IMG/VR virus record: IMGVR_UViG_3300040801_002714
Coordinates: 20,436 to 84,435 of that record
Direction: 5' to 3' (one strand)
DNA from: a virus
Taxonomy: Duplodnaviria; Heunggongvirae; Uroviricota; Caudoviricetes
Length of the DNA: 64,000 nt
Shown here: positions 47,232-56,685 of the stretch, piece after piece
Layout of the letters: each line of letters begins with the position of its first letter
How positions within the stretch are numbered: position 1 is the stretch's first letter
Made by a program: the position numbers and the translations under genes
Notes under the pieces: generated by a model
The model's input: only the letters and a program-made list of their open reading frames with translations
Told to the model about the DNA's origin: nothing
Database searches by the model: none

Positions 47232-47450
47232 TCAGTCTTCGGCGAAGAATACTCCCCACATAAAGCACCACAAAGATATTATTAAAATTACAACTAGTGT
47301 GGGAACTGCATACCACTCATCGTTCTCTACGGTGTGCATGAACCAGAAAGCATAGAACATTCCGCCGATTGATACTGCTACCGAAAGCAAGCGAATAACG
47401 TAATAGAGAAAAGGAAAATCCCTATGAATAAACTCTAGCAGTTCACTCAT
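47232..47450 (-). CDS. small membrane protein
   Basis: 72 aa, two hydrophobic helices. Confidence 0.45.
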   Translation of the reverse strand: MSELLEFIHRDFPFLYYVIRLLSVAVSIGGMFYAFWFMHTVENDEWYAVPTLVVILIISLWCFMWGVFFAED

Positions 47451-47820
47451 CGTCTTCTTCTAGGGCCATTTCGTTTTCGATTCTTGTGATTGCATCGTCG
47501 ATGTCCTGAAGCAAACTGTCAATGGGAACGTATGCAACACGATCTGCAATTTTGACCAGCAGCTTTACAATAATCTCCATGCGCTGATTCATTGCCCATT
47601 CTGTAGTGGTCATGTGCTGACCCTTCGAATGAACGGCATTATACAGCTCTTGTTCGAGCAGTTCTTGAAAGCTGTCAATTTCCGGCTTTGCCATTTTGGT
47701 CTCCTGGAATGTCCTCAACTGTGGTGTAGCGGTGTCCGTCTGGATGAAAGCTCTCGCTTTTGAAGCGATTAATCTCTGGGTATATTTCGATGACTTTCCA
47801 TTTGTTGCCTCGAATGACAA
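47443..47820 (-). CDS. hypothetical protein
   Basis: 125-aa ORF. Confidence 0.45.
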   Translation of the reverse strand: MSFEATNGKSSKYTQRLIASKARAFIQTDTATPQLRTFQETKMAKPEIDSFQELLEQELYNAVHSKGQHMTTTEWAMNQRMEIIVKLLVKIADRVAYVPIDSLLQDIDDAITRIENEMALEEDDE

Positions 47821-47843
47821 CTTCTTGTCCGATTTCTACCATG

Positions 47844-48155
47844 TTATTGCTCCATCCTTGTTCTAACGTATTCTGCTATTGTTTCTGCATGGCAGGGCTC
47901 TGGGCTGCACCAGCACACCAGTTCGATGTCATGGTCTTGTGCTACTTCTATGAGGCGATTGATTGCACGGCTGAATGGTTCTCGATCGGCGTTTTCCTCG
48001 AACCACACTCGATGCTGTTCTATCACTTCGTCGCGATCGCCGTGTTCGCCGATGCGAAAAGGATTTCCTAGAAGTGCAGGTCTGCCGACATAAAAGCGAA
48101 CTGTTCCTTCGGGACGTTCGCCCATTGTGCTCTTATTGACTACACTGATAGTCAC
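47844..48155 (-). CDS. DUF4326-like protein
   Basis: YVGRP...GNPF......LVCWCSPEPCHA pattern. Confidence 0.5.
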   Translation of the reverse strand: MTISVVNKSTMGERPEGTVRFYVGRPALLGNPFRIGEHGDRDEVIEQHRVWFEENADREPFSRAINRLIEVAQDHDIELVCWCSPEPCHAETIAEYVRTRMEQ

Positions 48156-48440
48156 TTAATCTGCCACTGGTTTCCAGAGGTGCTTGTTGTAATGCATGAA
48201 CACATAACGATTCAATTCGTTGGCTTTCCATCGAGCTGTGGTTATCGTAAAATAAGTGCTTCCACTAACATTCTCGACTTCGCCCGCTTCGTCAAATCTG
48301 CACACATGAATATCGTCATCGCGGGTGCACACATCATACGGACCTTCATGATAGGGTTCGTAATCTAACCAAGCATAGAATGCAACATTGGCCGCGACCA
48401 GAAACACAATGTATAGCGCTAAACTAATTTTCGCTTTCAC
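48156..48440 (-). CDS. hypothetical protein with N-terminal TM helix
   Basis: 94-aa ORF. Confidence 0.45.
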   Translation of the reverse strand: MKAKISLALYIVFLVAANVAFYAWLDYEPYHEGPYDVCTRDDDIHVCRFDEAGEVENVSGSTYFTITTARWKANELNRYVFMHYNKHLWKPVAD

Positions 48441-48612
48441 CTTTCAGTTTCCTCACTAATATTTGATGTTCGATGTATTTGGCCGCTTCAGGATGATTGC
48501 GCTTGATGGATTCTGGAACTCCGCCAATTCTTTCGTAGTGCCTGATTAGGTTCTGTATCACCTTGTTAGTGGCTGCGTGTTCTATCGGAACTTTTCGATG
48601 GGTGTCGTCCAT
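48424..48612 (-). CDS. hypothetical protein
   Basis: 62-aa ORF. Confidence 0.35.
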   Translation of the reverse strand: MDDTHRKVPIEHAATNKVIQNLIRHYERIGGVPESIKRNHPEAAKYIEHQILVRKLKGESEN

Positions 48613-48984
48613 CTAGAAATAATCGTCAATACGCTCGACTACTTCTGCGCCCTGATCCACAAAATACTGCCTGAGGTCAATGTAACACTGTGATGCATTT
48701 CTGCACTTCGAGTTCAACCCTCCAGAACCACACTCACCGTCGGTAAGGTGAATCATCTCTACGTCGCAGTCGTCAGCCTGTGACATATCAATTTCGCCGG
48801 GCTGACCATTGGCGTTGTCCCAGGTCACAAAACCACAGATGTAGAACTGTGTGGTGGACCCTACAGCAGAAACGATGAGATTGGTGGTATCAACATCGCC
48901 TCCTTTTGTAGTGGCCTCGACTGCGTTGACTGTGCTCAGCGCAGCCAAGTCGTTTGCAATCTTGTCAGTGTTCCAGTGAAACAT
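48613..48984 (-). CDS. hypothetical protein
   Basis: 123-aa ORF. Confidence 0.45.
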   Translation of the reverse strand: MFHWNTDKIANDLAALSTVNAVEATTKGGDVDTTNLIVSAVGSTTQFYICGFVTWDNANGQPGEIDMSQADDCDVEMIHLTDGECGSGGLNSKCRNASQCYIDLRQYFVDQGAEVVERIDDYF

Positions 48985-48988
48985 AAGT

Positions 48989-50224
48989 TTACCCTTTTAC
49001 GCACATTACTTGCTTGAGAGTGTGCACAACATCCACGAGGTCAGTTTGTGCTGCCATTACCGCATCGATATCTTTGTATGCACCCGGTGTCTCGTCGAGC
49101 ACGCCAATGTCTTTACGGCACTCAACGCCCTGTGTCGCACGTTCGTGGTCTTCCACAGTAAATGCCTGCTTGGCCTTTGAACGGCTCATGGTACGACCTG
49201 CACCGTGTGAGCATGAACAGAATGAATCTGCGTTGCCTTTGCCTCGCACAATGTATGACTTCGCACCCATTGAGCCAGGAATGATTCCGTAGTCACCGAA
49301 ACGAGCACGTACTGCACCTTTACGAGTCACATGCACATTTGCACCAAAGTGGTTCTCCATCTCCACATAGTTGTGGTGACAGTTGATTGCTTCTTTGGTG
49401 ATAGTGAACTGTGGCAAATGGCGACGAAGTGCTACCAATGCCAGTTCCATCATGGCCTGACGGTTACGACGAGCGTAATCCTGTGCCCAGCCCACTGCTT
49501 CGACGTAAGCATCGTATGGCTCGGTGCCCTGCACCAAGTAACCGAGGTCACGGTTTGGCAACTGAATGAAATGTCGTTCACAGTACTCTTTGGCTGCTTC
49601 AATAAAGTAGCGACCAATGCCGTTGCCGATGCCACGTGATCCAGAATGCAGCATTACCCACACATCGTTGTTCTCGTCCAAGCACAACTCAACGAAGTGG
49701 TTACCTCCGCCAAGTGTACCGACCTGGTGATAAATTTTGTCGTCAGGGTTTCGAACAGTGTGCTCGAGTGCAGGTGTACGTGCTACCAAACGTTCCCAGC
49801 CAGATTTGATCTGCTTGTTCTGATTGTTCAGCATTTTCACTGTGTCACGGTGATCACGGTGCCCCAGGCTTGAGCGAGTGTGCTCAGCTTGTCCAACAGG
49901 AATCATGCGCTCGACAGAATTTCGAACGTTATGAAGGGAATCTGGGAGGTCATCAGCAGTCAGGCTCAAACGCAGGGCGTTCATGCCACAGCCAATATCA
50001 ACACCCACCGCGGAAGGAATGATTGCGCCTTTGGTTGCAATCACAGATCCTACTGTTGCACCTTTGCCTAGGTGTACATCAGGCATCACTGCAACATGCT
50101 TGTGAATAAAGGGCAGGCTGGCGATATCTCGCAGCTGATCCATTGCGGCTGATTCCACAGGGACACCCTTGGTCCACATCTTAACCAATGCGTTCGATGA
50201 CTGAATGATGTTGATATTTGACAT
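48989..50224 (-). CDS. rtcB: RNA-splicing ligase RtcB
   Basis: 411 aa; CSCSHGAGR, HHNY and metal-binding His/Cys pattern collinear with RtcB. Confidence 0.9.
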   Translation of the reverse strand: MSNINIIQSSNALVKMWTKGVPVESAAMDQLRDIASLPFIHKHVAVMPDVHLGKGATVGSVIATKGAIIPSAVGVDIGCGMNALRLSLTADDLPDSLHNVRNSVERMIPVGQAEHTRSSLGHRDHRDTVKMLNNQNKQIKSGWERLVARTPALEHTVRNPDDKIYHQVGTLGGGNHFVELCLDENNDVWVMLHSGSRGIGNGIGRYFIEAAKEYCERHFIQLPNRDLGYLVQGTEPYDAYVEAVGWAQDYARRNRQAMMELALVALRRHLPQFTITKEAINCHHNYVEMENHFGANVHVTRKGAVRARFGDYGIIPGSMGAKSYIVRGKGNADSFCSCSHGAGRTMSRSKAKQAFTVEDHERATQGVECRKDIGVLDETPGAYKDIDAVMAAQTDLVDVVHTLKQVMCVKG

Positions 50225-50262
50225 AACTATTTCCTCTTAGTGTATAATATAGCAAACACCTT

Positions 50263-50270
50263 ATTTATGT
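50263..50270 (-). promoter_or_regulatory. late-promoter-like motif CATAAATAAGG
   Basis: 39 nt upstream of the rtcB ATG; AAGAGGA RBS. Confidence 0.35.
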
Positions 50271-50302
50271 GCAAGGAAATATTTTGTGGATATTAGTGAA
50301 CA

Positions 50303-50944
50303 CTAATACCTGATAGGACGCTCTCTTTCTAGCATTTCATCGGCGCTAACTCGCTTTCCGATCAGTGTCATAAACAGCACATCGCTAGTTTCGATCCTGA
50401 TTTCTTTAGGCTTCTTGGTAATTTTCTGGTTAGCAAATTGCTGTTGTCTGGACTCACGTATACGATAGCGACTGAAATTGTCTTTGGCAAATCTTCTCAT
50501 TGCGAGATCGTGCAGACCGTTAAATCCGAAAAGATCATACGTGATGTGATTTTTGGTCTTTTCTACTTCGAACAGAAAGTCTCCGTGGCACCACATGTAA
50601 AGGTCTTCTTCGATAAACTCTGGCTTAACAACATATGAAGGATCAGGAACTTTCTCTGTTTTTAGACTCTTTCTTTTTCTTCTGTACCATGAGTCCCAGG
50701 CGTGATGAGGAGAAGTGTCACACAGTGCTTCTGCGTATTCATACCTGGACGTTGGGTCCATTTCAAGCATCAGTTTTGCAAGGTCGTGTGAGTACACCGG
50801 AACTGTCTTGATGTCTGTCTTGCATTTCTTGTTGACTGAAAATGCGCGAAGCTCAAGATCGATTCCGTAAAGAAGATAGCTCAGGAAGTCTCTTGCACGA
50901 GAATTTCCTAAGCCAATCTTTATTGTGTCTCGATAAGAAGTCAT
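50303..50944 (-). CDS. hypothetical protein
   Basis: 213-aa ORF. Confidence 0.5.
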   Translation of the reverse strand: MTSYRDTIKIGLGNSRARDFLSYLLYGIDLELRAFSVNKKCKTDIKTVPVYSHDLAKLMLEMDPTSRYEYAEALCDTSPHHAWDSWYRRKRKSLKTEKVPDPSYVVKPEFIEEDLYMWCHGDFLFEVEKTKNHITYDLFGFNGLHDLAMRRFAKDNFSRYRIRESRQQQFANQKITKKPKEIRIETSDVLFMTLIGKRVSADEMLERERPIRY

Positions 50945-51993
50945 TACGAGTTACCGATGCCGATTTTCCTTTCCGAATCCGTAGAGGCCGGCTTAGTGTT
51001 AATCATAGACTTAAGCCTTTTCACAGTTTCGTCAAAATCTTTGCCTAGGCACTCTACACTCACAATCAGTTCCTTCATGTGTGCTACAGAGAAGCCTTCA
51101 GTTGATTCAACCCACAGATCCAGTTTGTCCGGATCCTCGACCAGCTTGCTGTGTTTAGCAGTTAGGAACACACGGCGACACAGCTCGTCCGGCATACCAA
51201 CGTGAATGACTTCATCAAAGCGGCTTGGGCGACTGGTTATGCGCTTGTCCAGCTTTTCCGGATAGTTAGTTGTAGCGACAAACACAATGTTGTCTACTTG
51301 CAATTCGCCATCCAGCATGGCAAGGATATCGCTTTCGCCCCATGTGGTCACAATTGAGTCAATGTCTTCCATGATCATTACGATTGGACGACTGGGCTCA
51401 ATGGTGCGAAGGATACGCAGACCTTCTGCATCATAATCTGGTCTGGAGCAATATATGGATATACCTCCCAGGTTAACGATTTGCTGACTCAGTCTTTGCA
51501 CACATGAAGTTTTACCAGAGCCGGGCGGGCCATACAGCAGCACACCCCTTTTCCAGAGGAAACCGAAGTCTCGGAAGTACTGTTCTCTTTTCCAGAATTC
51601 AGCGATGCCTTCTAGTACCCTCTCAGTGCTACCGTCTGGAAGTTCGATGAGAGAATCCAGGTTCACCTGCTTCTTGGTAAAGTAGTAACCGATGTTTTGA
51701 TTCCACTGCACAATGTACTGGCCAGGAGGCAGATTGTCTACTGCCCTTTCACAAGCCGCATAGTTTTCACCCTGAGCGGACCACATACGACCTGTGTTTT
51801 TGGTCATATCGTATTCGCTAATGGTGGGATCATCCTCTACGCATGGTGCTACTTCACAAGAATCTTCTGCTTGTGAGCCTGCAACAGCATGGAAACTTTC
51901 GTAATCGTCGCTCATTCTTCTTTTGGTCCTATGAGGCTGGTTAATAGGCATTCCTGTTCTAGGATTAACTTTTCTGTTACGTCTCCTAATCAC
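50944..51993 (-). CDS. classical AAA-family ATPase
   Basis: Walker A LLYGPPGSGKT, Walker B IMEDID, second region of homology TTNYPEKLDKRITSRPSRFD. Confidence 0.8.
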   Translation of the reverse strand: MIRRRNRKVNPRTGMPINQPHRTKRRMSDDYESFHAVAGSQAEDSCEVAPCVEDDPTISEYDMTKNTGRMWSAQGENYAACERAVDNLPPGQYIVQWNQNIGYYFTKKQVNLDSLIELPDGSTERVLEGIAEFWKREQYFRDFGFLWKRGVLLYGPPGSGKTSCVQRLSQQIVNLGGISIYCSRPDYDAEGLRILRTIEPSRPIVMIMEDIDSIVTTWGESDILAMLDGELQVDNIVFVATTNYPEKLDKRITSRPSRFDEVIHVGMPDELCRRVFLTAKHSKLVEDPDKLDLWVESTEGFSVAHMKELIVSVECLGKDFDETVKRLKSMINTKPASTDSERKIGIGNS

Positions 51994-52406
51994 AGGTCGC
52001 CGTCTTTACGGTTCTCCGAATAAAATGCATCAAACTCTCCACCTGGGTAACGAGCCTTCAGCTTCTCAATGTTCTCTAGGATAACATCTACTGGATCAAT
52101 GTTCAAGGCCATACATGCCTGTGCCCAATACCAGATAATGTCACCTAATTCGCGCTTGAGGTGAAAAATGTTTTCGTCGTTGACCGGCTTACCCTGGAAT
52201 AGCATTTTCTTGAGAACTTCGTCGAATTCGCCAGATTCGCTTGCAAGTCCCACGCCGCCTGTTAAGTATCTTGGAACGTTGATTCCTGCAGCATGTAATT
52301 CTCTCACACGATCGATAAACGTCTCGATGTCTTTGCTTTCGTCACTGGTTACAGTATCGACAAACCGAGAATAGTTTGCCATAAATTGTCTTGCTTCGTT
52401 TTCCAT
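51990..52406 (-). CDS. mazG: MazG-like nucleotide pyrophosphohydrolase
   Basis: 138 aa; ELGDIIWYWAQ...LENIEKL, an all-alpha NTP-PPase pattern. Confidence 0.7.
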   Translation of the reverse strand: MENEARQFMANYSRFVDTVTSDESKDIETFIDRVRELHAAGINVPRYLTGGVGLASESGEFDEVLKKMLFQGKPVNDENIFHLKRELGDIIWYWAQACMALNIDPVDVILENIEKLKARYPGGEFDAFYSENRKDGDL

Positions 52407-52439
52407 AGGTCTCTCTTATTATTATTGGATTGTTGTTTG

Positions 52440-53315
52440 TTAATAGTATTCGTCGTCCCACCGACTGGCAATTTCCTCGCCACGATTAATCATGATTGAT
52501 GCTAACCTGAAATGAGCATTGACATCACCTTCTTGGCCAGCGTGACCGGGCAGTACCCAGGTCCGGTGAATTTGGCGATAGAAAGCGTTAAGGAATTCCA
52601 TCTCTACCATGTTTTGCATTACTTCTCGACACTGATCCTTTGTCTTACCATCTCGTTCCATATTCATTAAAACGACTTCAGGATGACCTTCGGTCAACAC
52701 TAAACCGAGTCGGCGAAAAGCAAATAGATCTACTAGATAATTCTTTTGGTGGGTAAATCCCAGATGAGAACCAAGAGGATTAATTATCTTTCCTTCAAAA
52801 TACTCATCGAAGTCTTCCATTACGTCTGCTACAGTTTTAGTCACACCCCAGTCTTCGTTTTCTTTTCTGAGCTCTACTCGTTGTTCTGACATCACATCAT
52901 CGAAAACATCTTTTCTGATCTGAATATGATGAATTCTGTACTCGTCAGGGCGACTCCGTGTGTTGGTCTTGTAGAGAAGACGATCGTCTTGATCGGCTTG
53001 CATGAACTCGTCCCAGGTCGCAGTTTTAGGATTCAGCTCTGGAGCAGTAACATATCCACTCTCGGACAGTATTTCTTCCTGGGGCAGAGCGTTTTTGCGT
53101 AGAATGTTCAGTATGGGCTCTACGGTAAGACCTGTAGGACTGTGCACTAGACCATAGTCGTCGTATTTTCCCAAGCAATACATTGCGAAGGGAGCGGCAT
53201 AACGAAATTCAAAGTTACCTTCTTCGTGTCCGATGAAAATGCAAACCACATCCTCTTCGGCAAAAATCGGAAGATTACTCAGTGCACAGGTTTGGTTCCA
53301 ACTTCCCATTATCAA
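52440..53315 (-). CDS. hypothetical protein
   Basis: 291-aa ORF. Confidence 0.5.
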   Translation of the reverse strand: MIMGSWNQTCALSNLPIFAEEDVVCIFIGHEEGNFEFRYAAPFAMYCLGKYDDYGLVHSPTGLTVEPILNILRKNALPQEEILSESGYVTAPELNPKTATWDEFMQADQDDRLLYKTNTRSRPDEYRIHHIQIRKDVFDDVMSEQRVELRKENEDWGVTKTVADVMEDFDEYFEGKIINPLGSHLGFTHQKNYLVDLFAFRRLGLVLTEGHPEVVLMNMERDGKTKDQCREVMQNMVEMEFLNAFYRQIHRTWVLPGHAGQEGDVNAHFRLASIMINRGEEIASRWDDEYY

Positions 53316-53336
53316 GTACCGTTAAAAATAATGCCC

Positions 53337-53365
53337 AGTTTACTGTTTTGATAAGATTTTGTCAA
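53337..53365 (-). promoter_or_regulatory. sigma70-like promoter TTGACA-N17-TAAACT
   Basis: Reverse complement of 53337-53365; the -35 overlaps the dCMP deaminase stop codon. Confidence 0.4.
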
Positions 53366-53964
53366 TCTTCCCACTCAACCGTTCTGACGGTTACTCTAGC
53401 TTCATCAATCATTGTGGTAACACAGTCATCTAAGTGATAATGAGTGCCTGTACCTTTGCCAGCAAAGGGAATATTAGGTCCTACGATTTCAATTATGCCT
53501 GCTTGAATAAATGCTCTGGTGCAATCTGCACAGGGAATGGGTTCCCAGTTCAAGTAAGCAGTACATCCCTTGAGACTAACGCCGACTCTTGCAGCATTAT
53601 AGACTGCGTTTCTTTCGGCGTGTTCTACCCACTTGTATTTTACTCCGCCCTCTCTGCTCCAGCGCTCAGGATCGACTTCTGTTTCACTTTCCACAACAGT
53701 CTCGATCTTGATGGGTTTGGCCTGAGGTATTGAACCGTCTGTGGTAATACCCCCAACGTTTAATTCAATTTCTTCAAGTCCGTCAACTAGCGCCATTTCT
53801 CTGACACCACGAGGAAATCCGTTGAAGCCTAGGCTTCGAACTTCTTTGTCTGGCCCTACAATCACACAGCCGACTTTGGTACTGGGGTCTTTAGATTTTT
53901 CTGCAACTAACATGGCCTGACGAATAAAGAATTCGTCCCAGCCTTTTTGACTCTGGGTGCTCAT
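53362..53964 (-). CDS. cd: dCMP deaminase
   Basis: HAERNA...PCADC zinc-binding deaminase motifs; 200 aa. Confidence 0.85.
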   Translation of the reverse strand: MSTQSQKGWDEFFIRQAMLVAEKSKDPSTKVGCVIVGPDKEVRSLGFNGFPRGVREMALVDGLEEIELNVGGITTDGSIPQAKPIKIETVVESETEVDPERWSREGGVKYKWVEHAERNAVYNAARVGVSLKGCTAYLNWEPIPCADCTRAFIQAGIIEIVGPNIPFAGKGTGTHYHLDDCVTTMIDEARVTVRTVEWED

Positions 53965-54005
53965 ATTTTTCCTTTTTATTTTTATTATTAAGCGAATTCA
54001 CAACA

Positions 54006-54290
54006 CTACCAGTATGGATTGCCTCTTAGTTTTGCTGCAACTTCGTCTCGATCTAGTTCTTTGAAAATTTCTCTAAGATCGATGTCGCTGGGTCGTTCGT
54101 CGTAGTCGACTTCGACTATTACACAATCGTCATATTCCTTACGACGATCTTTGTGCCGGCGAAATAGCTTGAGATGCTTCATTAATCTGTCGTGTGTTGG
54201 CCAGATTTTTCCAGTTCGGTTAAAGACCGGAAACAGGCCACCGTTAGAATAGAGGCCATCGGAGTTTTTGATCTTGTATCCTACTGTCAT
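54006..54290 (-). CDS. hypothetical protein
   Basis: 94-aa ORF. Confidence 0.4.
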   Translation of the reverse strand: MTVGYKIKNSDGLYSNGGLFPVFNRTGKIWPTHDRLMKHLKLFRRHKDRRKEYDDCVIVEVDYDERPSDIDLREIFKELDRDEVAAKLRGNPYW

Positions 54291-54292
54291 AA

Positions 54293-54805
54293 TTATCTCG
54301 CCAAAGGCATCTGTACTAGACGAAGCGCTTCGAACTCGAAGTCAGTAAATGTGTCTACAACTTCAAAGGAGTTGTCGTGAGTAAAAATTACTTCACCTGT
54401 TTTTCGATCCTTGTTCCACACAATGGATCGGTCCTTGATATATTTGATTCCGTCTTCGTAAATCTTGCTGGGCAGGATCACAGCAAGACAAGTGAGCAGT
54501 CCTTGCATAGCTTCTTCAGATTCATAAAAGGATGCCCAGGGGTAAGTGCTATCCGGTCTACTGAGAAACGCTTGAATCTCTGCAAGACTCTCAGAGTTGC
54601 CGCCATTCTTGCACACAAACGTTTCGTGCTTGGTTACCCATTCGTGAACCATATCGCACATCTTGCGATATTCTTCCTCATCACCAAAATCCATCTGTGG
54701 ATAACGATACGAGTCTACAAGACGAACCGCAGCATGACCGGCTTGGATGCCTTGCTGGATCGAACTTAGTTGAAAGTGTCCGAAGGTGTAAAGTCTGTAT
54801 TCCAT
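54293..54805 (-). CDS. hypothetical protein
   Basis: 170-aa ORF. Confidence 0.45.
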   Translation of the reverse strand: MEYRLYTFGHFQLSSIQQGIQAGHAAVRLVDSYRYPQMDFGDEEEYRKMCDMVHEWVTKHETFVCKNGGNSESLAEIQAFLSRPDSTYPWASFYESEEAMQGLLTCLAVILPSKIYEDGIKYIKDRSIVWNKDRKTGEVIFTHDNSFEVVDTFTDFEFEALRLVQMPLAR

Positions 54806-55032
54806 GTTACACGTAGCTCATTCATTCGTTCTTTGGTCTTGCGAGACAGCACAACATACCTAGTTCGCTGTTCTCCTTCTGGTAACTCTTCAAGTAGACG
54901 TCTGTAGTGCTCGTTCAGAATCACTACATCCTCTGCTTCAGCTGAATTGATTATACATTCTGTGGCTTCAAGGTCAAGCTGCAAGAAATCGTTCATTATT
55001 ATTATCCTCTTGTATTCCATATTATAACACAA
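54766..55032 (-). CDS. hypothetical protein
   Basis: 88-aa ORF. Confidence 0.4.
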   Translation of the reverse strand: MCYNMEYKRIIIMNDFLQLDLEATECIINSAEAEDVVILNEHYRRLLEELPEGEQRTRYVVLSRKTKERMNELRVTWNTDFTPSDTFN

Positions 55033-55068
55033 TTGCGATTTTTGTCAAGGCATGTTATAATTCGAAAC

Positions 55069-55392
55069 ATGAGTAAGAAACAGAAAGAACATTTCGAAGT
55101 ACTAATTAGATTCTACGGCGGCCGTGAAGAATTGATCAAACGGTTCGGCGTAGAAAATCCCAGTCTTCAGGACCGAACTGCATACTTTAACGAGTTATGG
55201 GAAAAGTACGAACACGAAATCAACCTGAATGACCTAGACTTAAAAGCAAGCGGTCATGAACACCTTGTGAGTTATCTTCGCACCAAGTTCGGTGCCTTCG
55301 AGATCATCAAGCGAGGCAATCGCCTCAGATTCCACAAAGCGGAAGATGCACTTTTCGTTAAGATGAGGTATATGAAAACTTCCCGCTCGTAA
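55069..55392 (+). CDS. hypothetical protein (plus-strand moron)
   Basis: The ORF track starts at a TTG at 55033; the ATG at 55069 (MSKKQKEHFEV) lies 7 nt after a TATAAT box, implying a near-leaderless transcript. Confidence 0.45.
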   Translation: MSKKQKEHFEVLIRFYGGREELIKRFGVENPSLQDRTAYFNELWEKYEHEINLNDLDLKASGHEHLVSYLRTKFGAFEIIKRGNRLRFHKAEDALFVKMRYMKTSRS

Positions 55393-55408
55393 GCGGGAAG
55401 TTTGTGTG
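55377..55408 (+). terminator. rho-independent terminator
   Basis: ACTTCCCGCT-CGTAA-GCGGGAAGT followed by TTGTGTG; the stop codon sits in the loop. Confidence 0.65.
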
Positions 55409-55474
55409 AAGTGTATTGCCGTGTCCCTTCGGCAAAATCATTGAGTGGAGTAACCGCTTACACTCGTAAAATAT

Positions 55475-56074
55475 TTATCTCATGTCAGCGATTTGGTCAG
55501 CGAGGCCAATTTCGATGGTTTCTTTTGCACTCATGAACGTGTCACGATCAAGCAGCTCGACCATCTGCTCTCTGGTCACTTTCGGATTCGAACAGTGCTC
55601 CATATAGAGGTCGGTCATGATGTCTTTGGTCTTGTTGAACTCGTCCATGTGTCTCTGCATATCTGACACAGTGCCAGATGTTCCTGCAGAAGGTTGGTGA
55701 ATCATGGTTCTTGCTCTCGGCAGCATATAGCGATGCCCGGGCTCTCCGCCACTGTGCAAGAAGCTACCCATTGAACAGGCTTGACCCAAGCAGAAAGTAT
55801 GAACTGGACTTTTGATGTACTTCATCACATCGTAAATTGCCAGTCCGTCAGTAACAGATCCACCCGGGCTGTTAATGTAGAAGTTGATCGGCTTGTCTGG
55901 ATTTTCTGCTTCCAAGAATAGCATAGATGCTACTAGACGATCTGCTTTGGTCTCCTCAACAACGCCTGTTAAGAACACCACACGTTCTACCATCAATCGA
56001 CTGTAAATGTCGAATGCACGTTCGCCGCGAGCAGTCTGCTCAACTACCATTGGGACAAGATTACTGTTTTGCAT
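55475..56074 (-). CDS. clpP: ATP-dependent Clp protease proteolytic subunit ClpP
   Basis: 199 aa, near-collinear with E. coli ClpP; catalytic Ser (GQACSMGS), His (MIHQP) and Asp (DRDTFMSA); AAAGGAA RBS. Confidence 0.93.
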   Translation of the reverse strand: MQNSNLVPMVVEQTARGERAFDIYSRLMVERVVFLTGVVEETKADRLVASMLFLEAENPDKPINFYINSPGGSVTDGLAIYDVMKYIKSPVHTFCLGQACSMGSFLHSGGEPGHRYMLPRARTMIHQPSAGTSGTVSDMQRHMDEFNKTKDIMTDLYMEHCSNPKVTREQMVELLDRDTFMSAKETIEIGLADQIADMR

Positions 56075-56106
56075 TTATCGTTCCTTTATGTGATAAATAG
56101 TTGTAT

Positions 56107-56488
56107 GAAGATTAAAGACATCCTATCAGAAAGTAGTGCACCACTAGTTGCTCAATATCACCGCGGCGTCGACGAAGACTTCGACTCATACTTTAATCCT
56201 CAAGCTGCGATGATAGCAGAACTAAACCGAGAACACTACAAAAAATACTTTTCAGATTTCGATCTAACTGGAATTGTTCCCGTATTTGAAAAAGATGACG
56301 GATTCCACGACCCCGAAGCCGAATCCTGGGACAATAAGCCGATTGAAGGTGATCCACAGAGCGCCGGGTATAGAGGACAACAAAATGCGCTTCATCGAGC
56401 AGGTCTGCCACACGATGAAAATGTCCAAAGGTATAATGTCCGCGCATTTAACTATGATCTCTCTTACGATCTAAACAGTTCGGGCTAA
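56107..56488 (+). CDS. hypothetical protein (plus-strand moron)
   Basis: The ORF track starts at 56069; the Met at 56107 (MKIKDIL) is likelier; GATAAATAG motif 10 nt upstream. Confidence 0.4.
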
Positions 56489-56685
56489 TAGCCACGAACT
56501 TTTTCTAATTCTGCAAGCGCCTGTTTAATGTCTTTGTCTGCTTCTTGATATTCTTTTGGGCATCGAGCTTCAAGCAGTTTAGCTAGACTCCTGTAATACT
56601 CTAACTCTTCTACAGCGGCGCCTGGGTTATCGTAGTAAAAATTGAGTTCATCATTCTCGATAAGTGTTAGCTGAGGGGCTGACAT
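56485..56685 (-). CDS. hypothetical protein
   Basis: 66-aa ORF. Confidence 0.35.
   Translation of the reverse strand: MSAPQLTLIENDELNFYYDNPGAAVEELEYYRSLAKLLEARCPKEYQEADKDIKQALAELEKVRGY

Noticed and set aside
55473-55480. A GATAAATA late-promoter-like octamer on the minus strand.
   Set aside because: It overlaps the clpP stop codon (AGATAAATA) and no minus-strand gene follows; likely coincidence.
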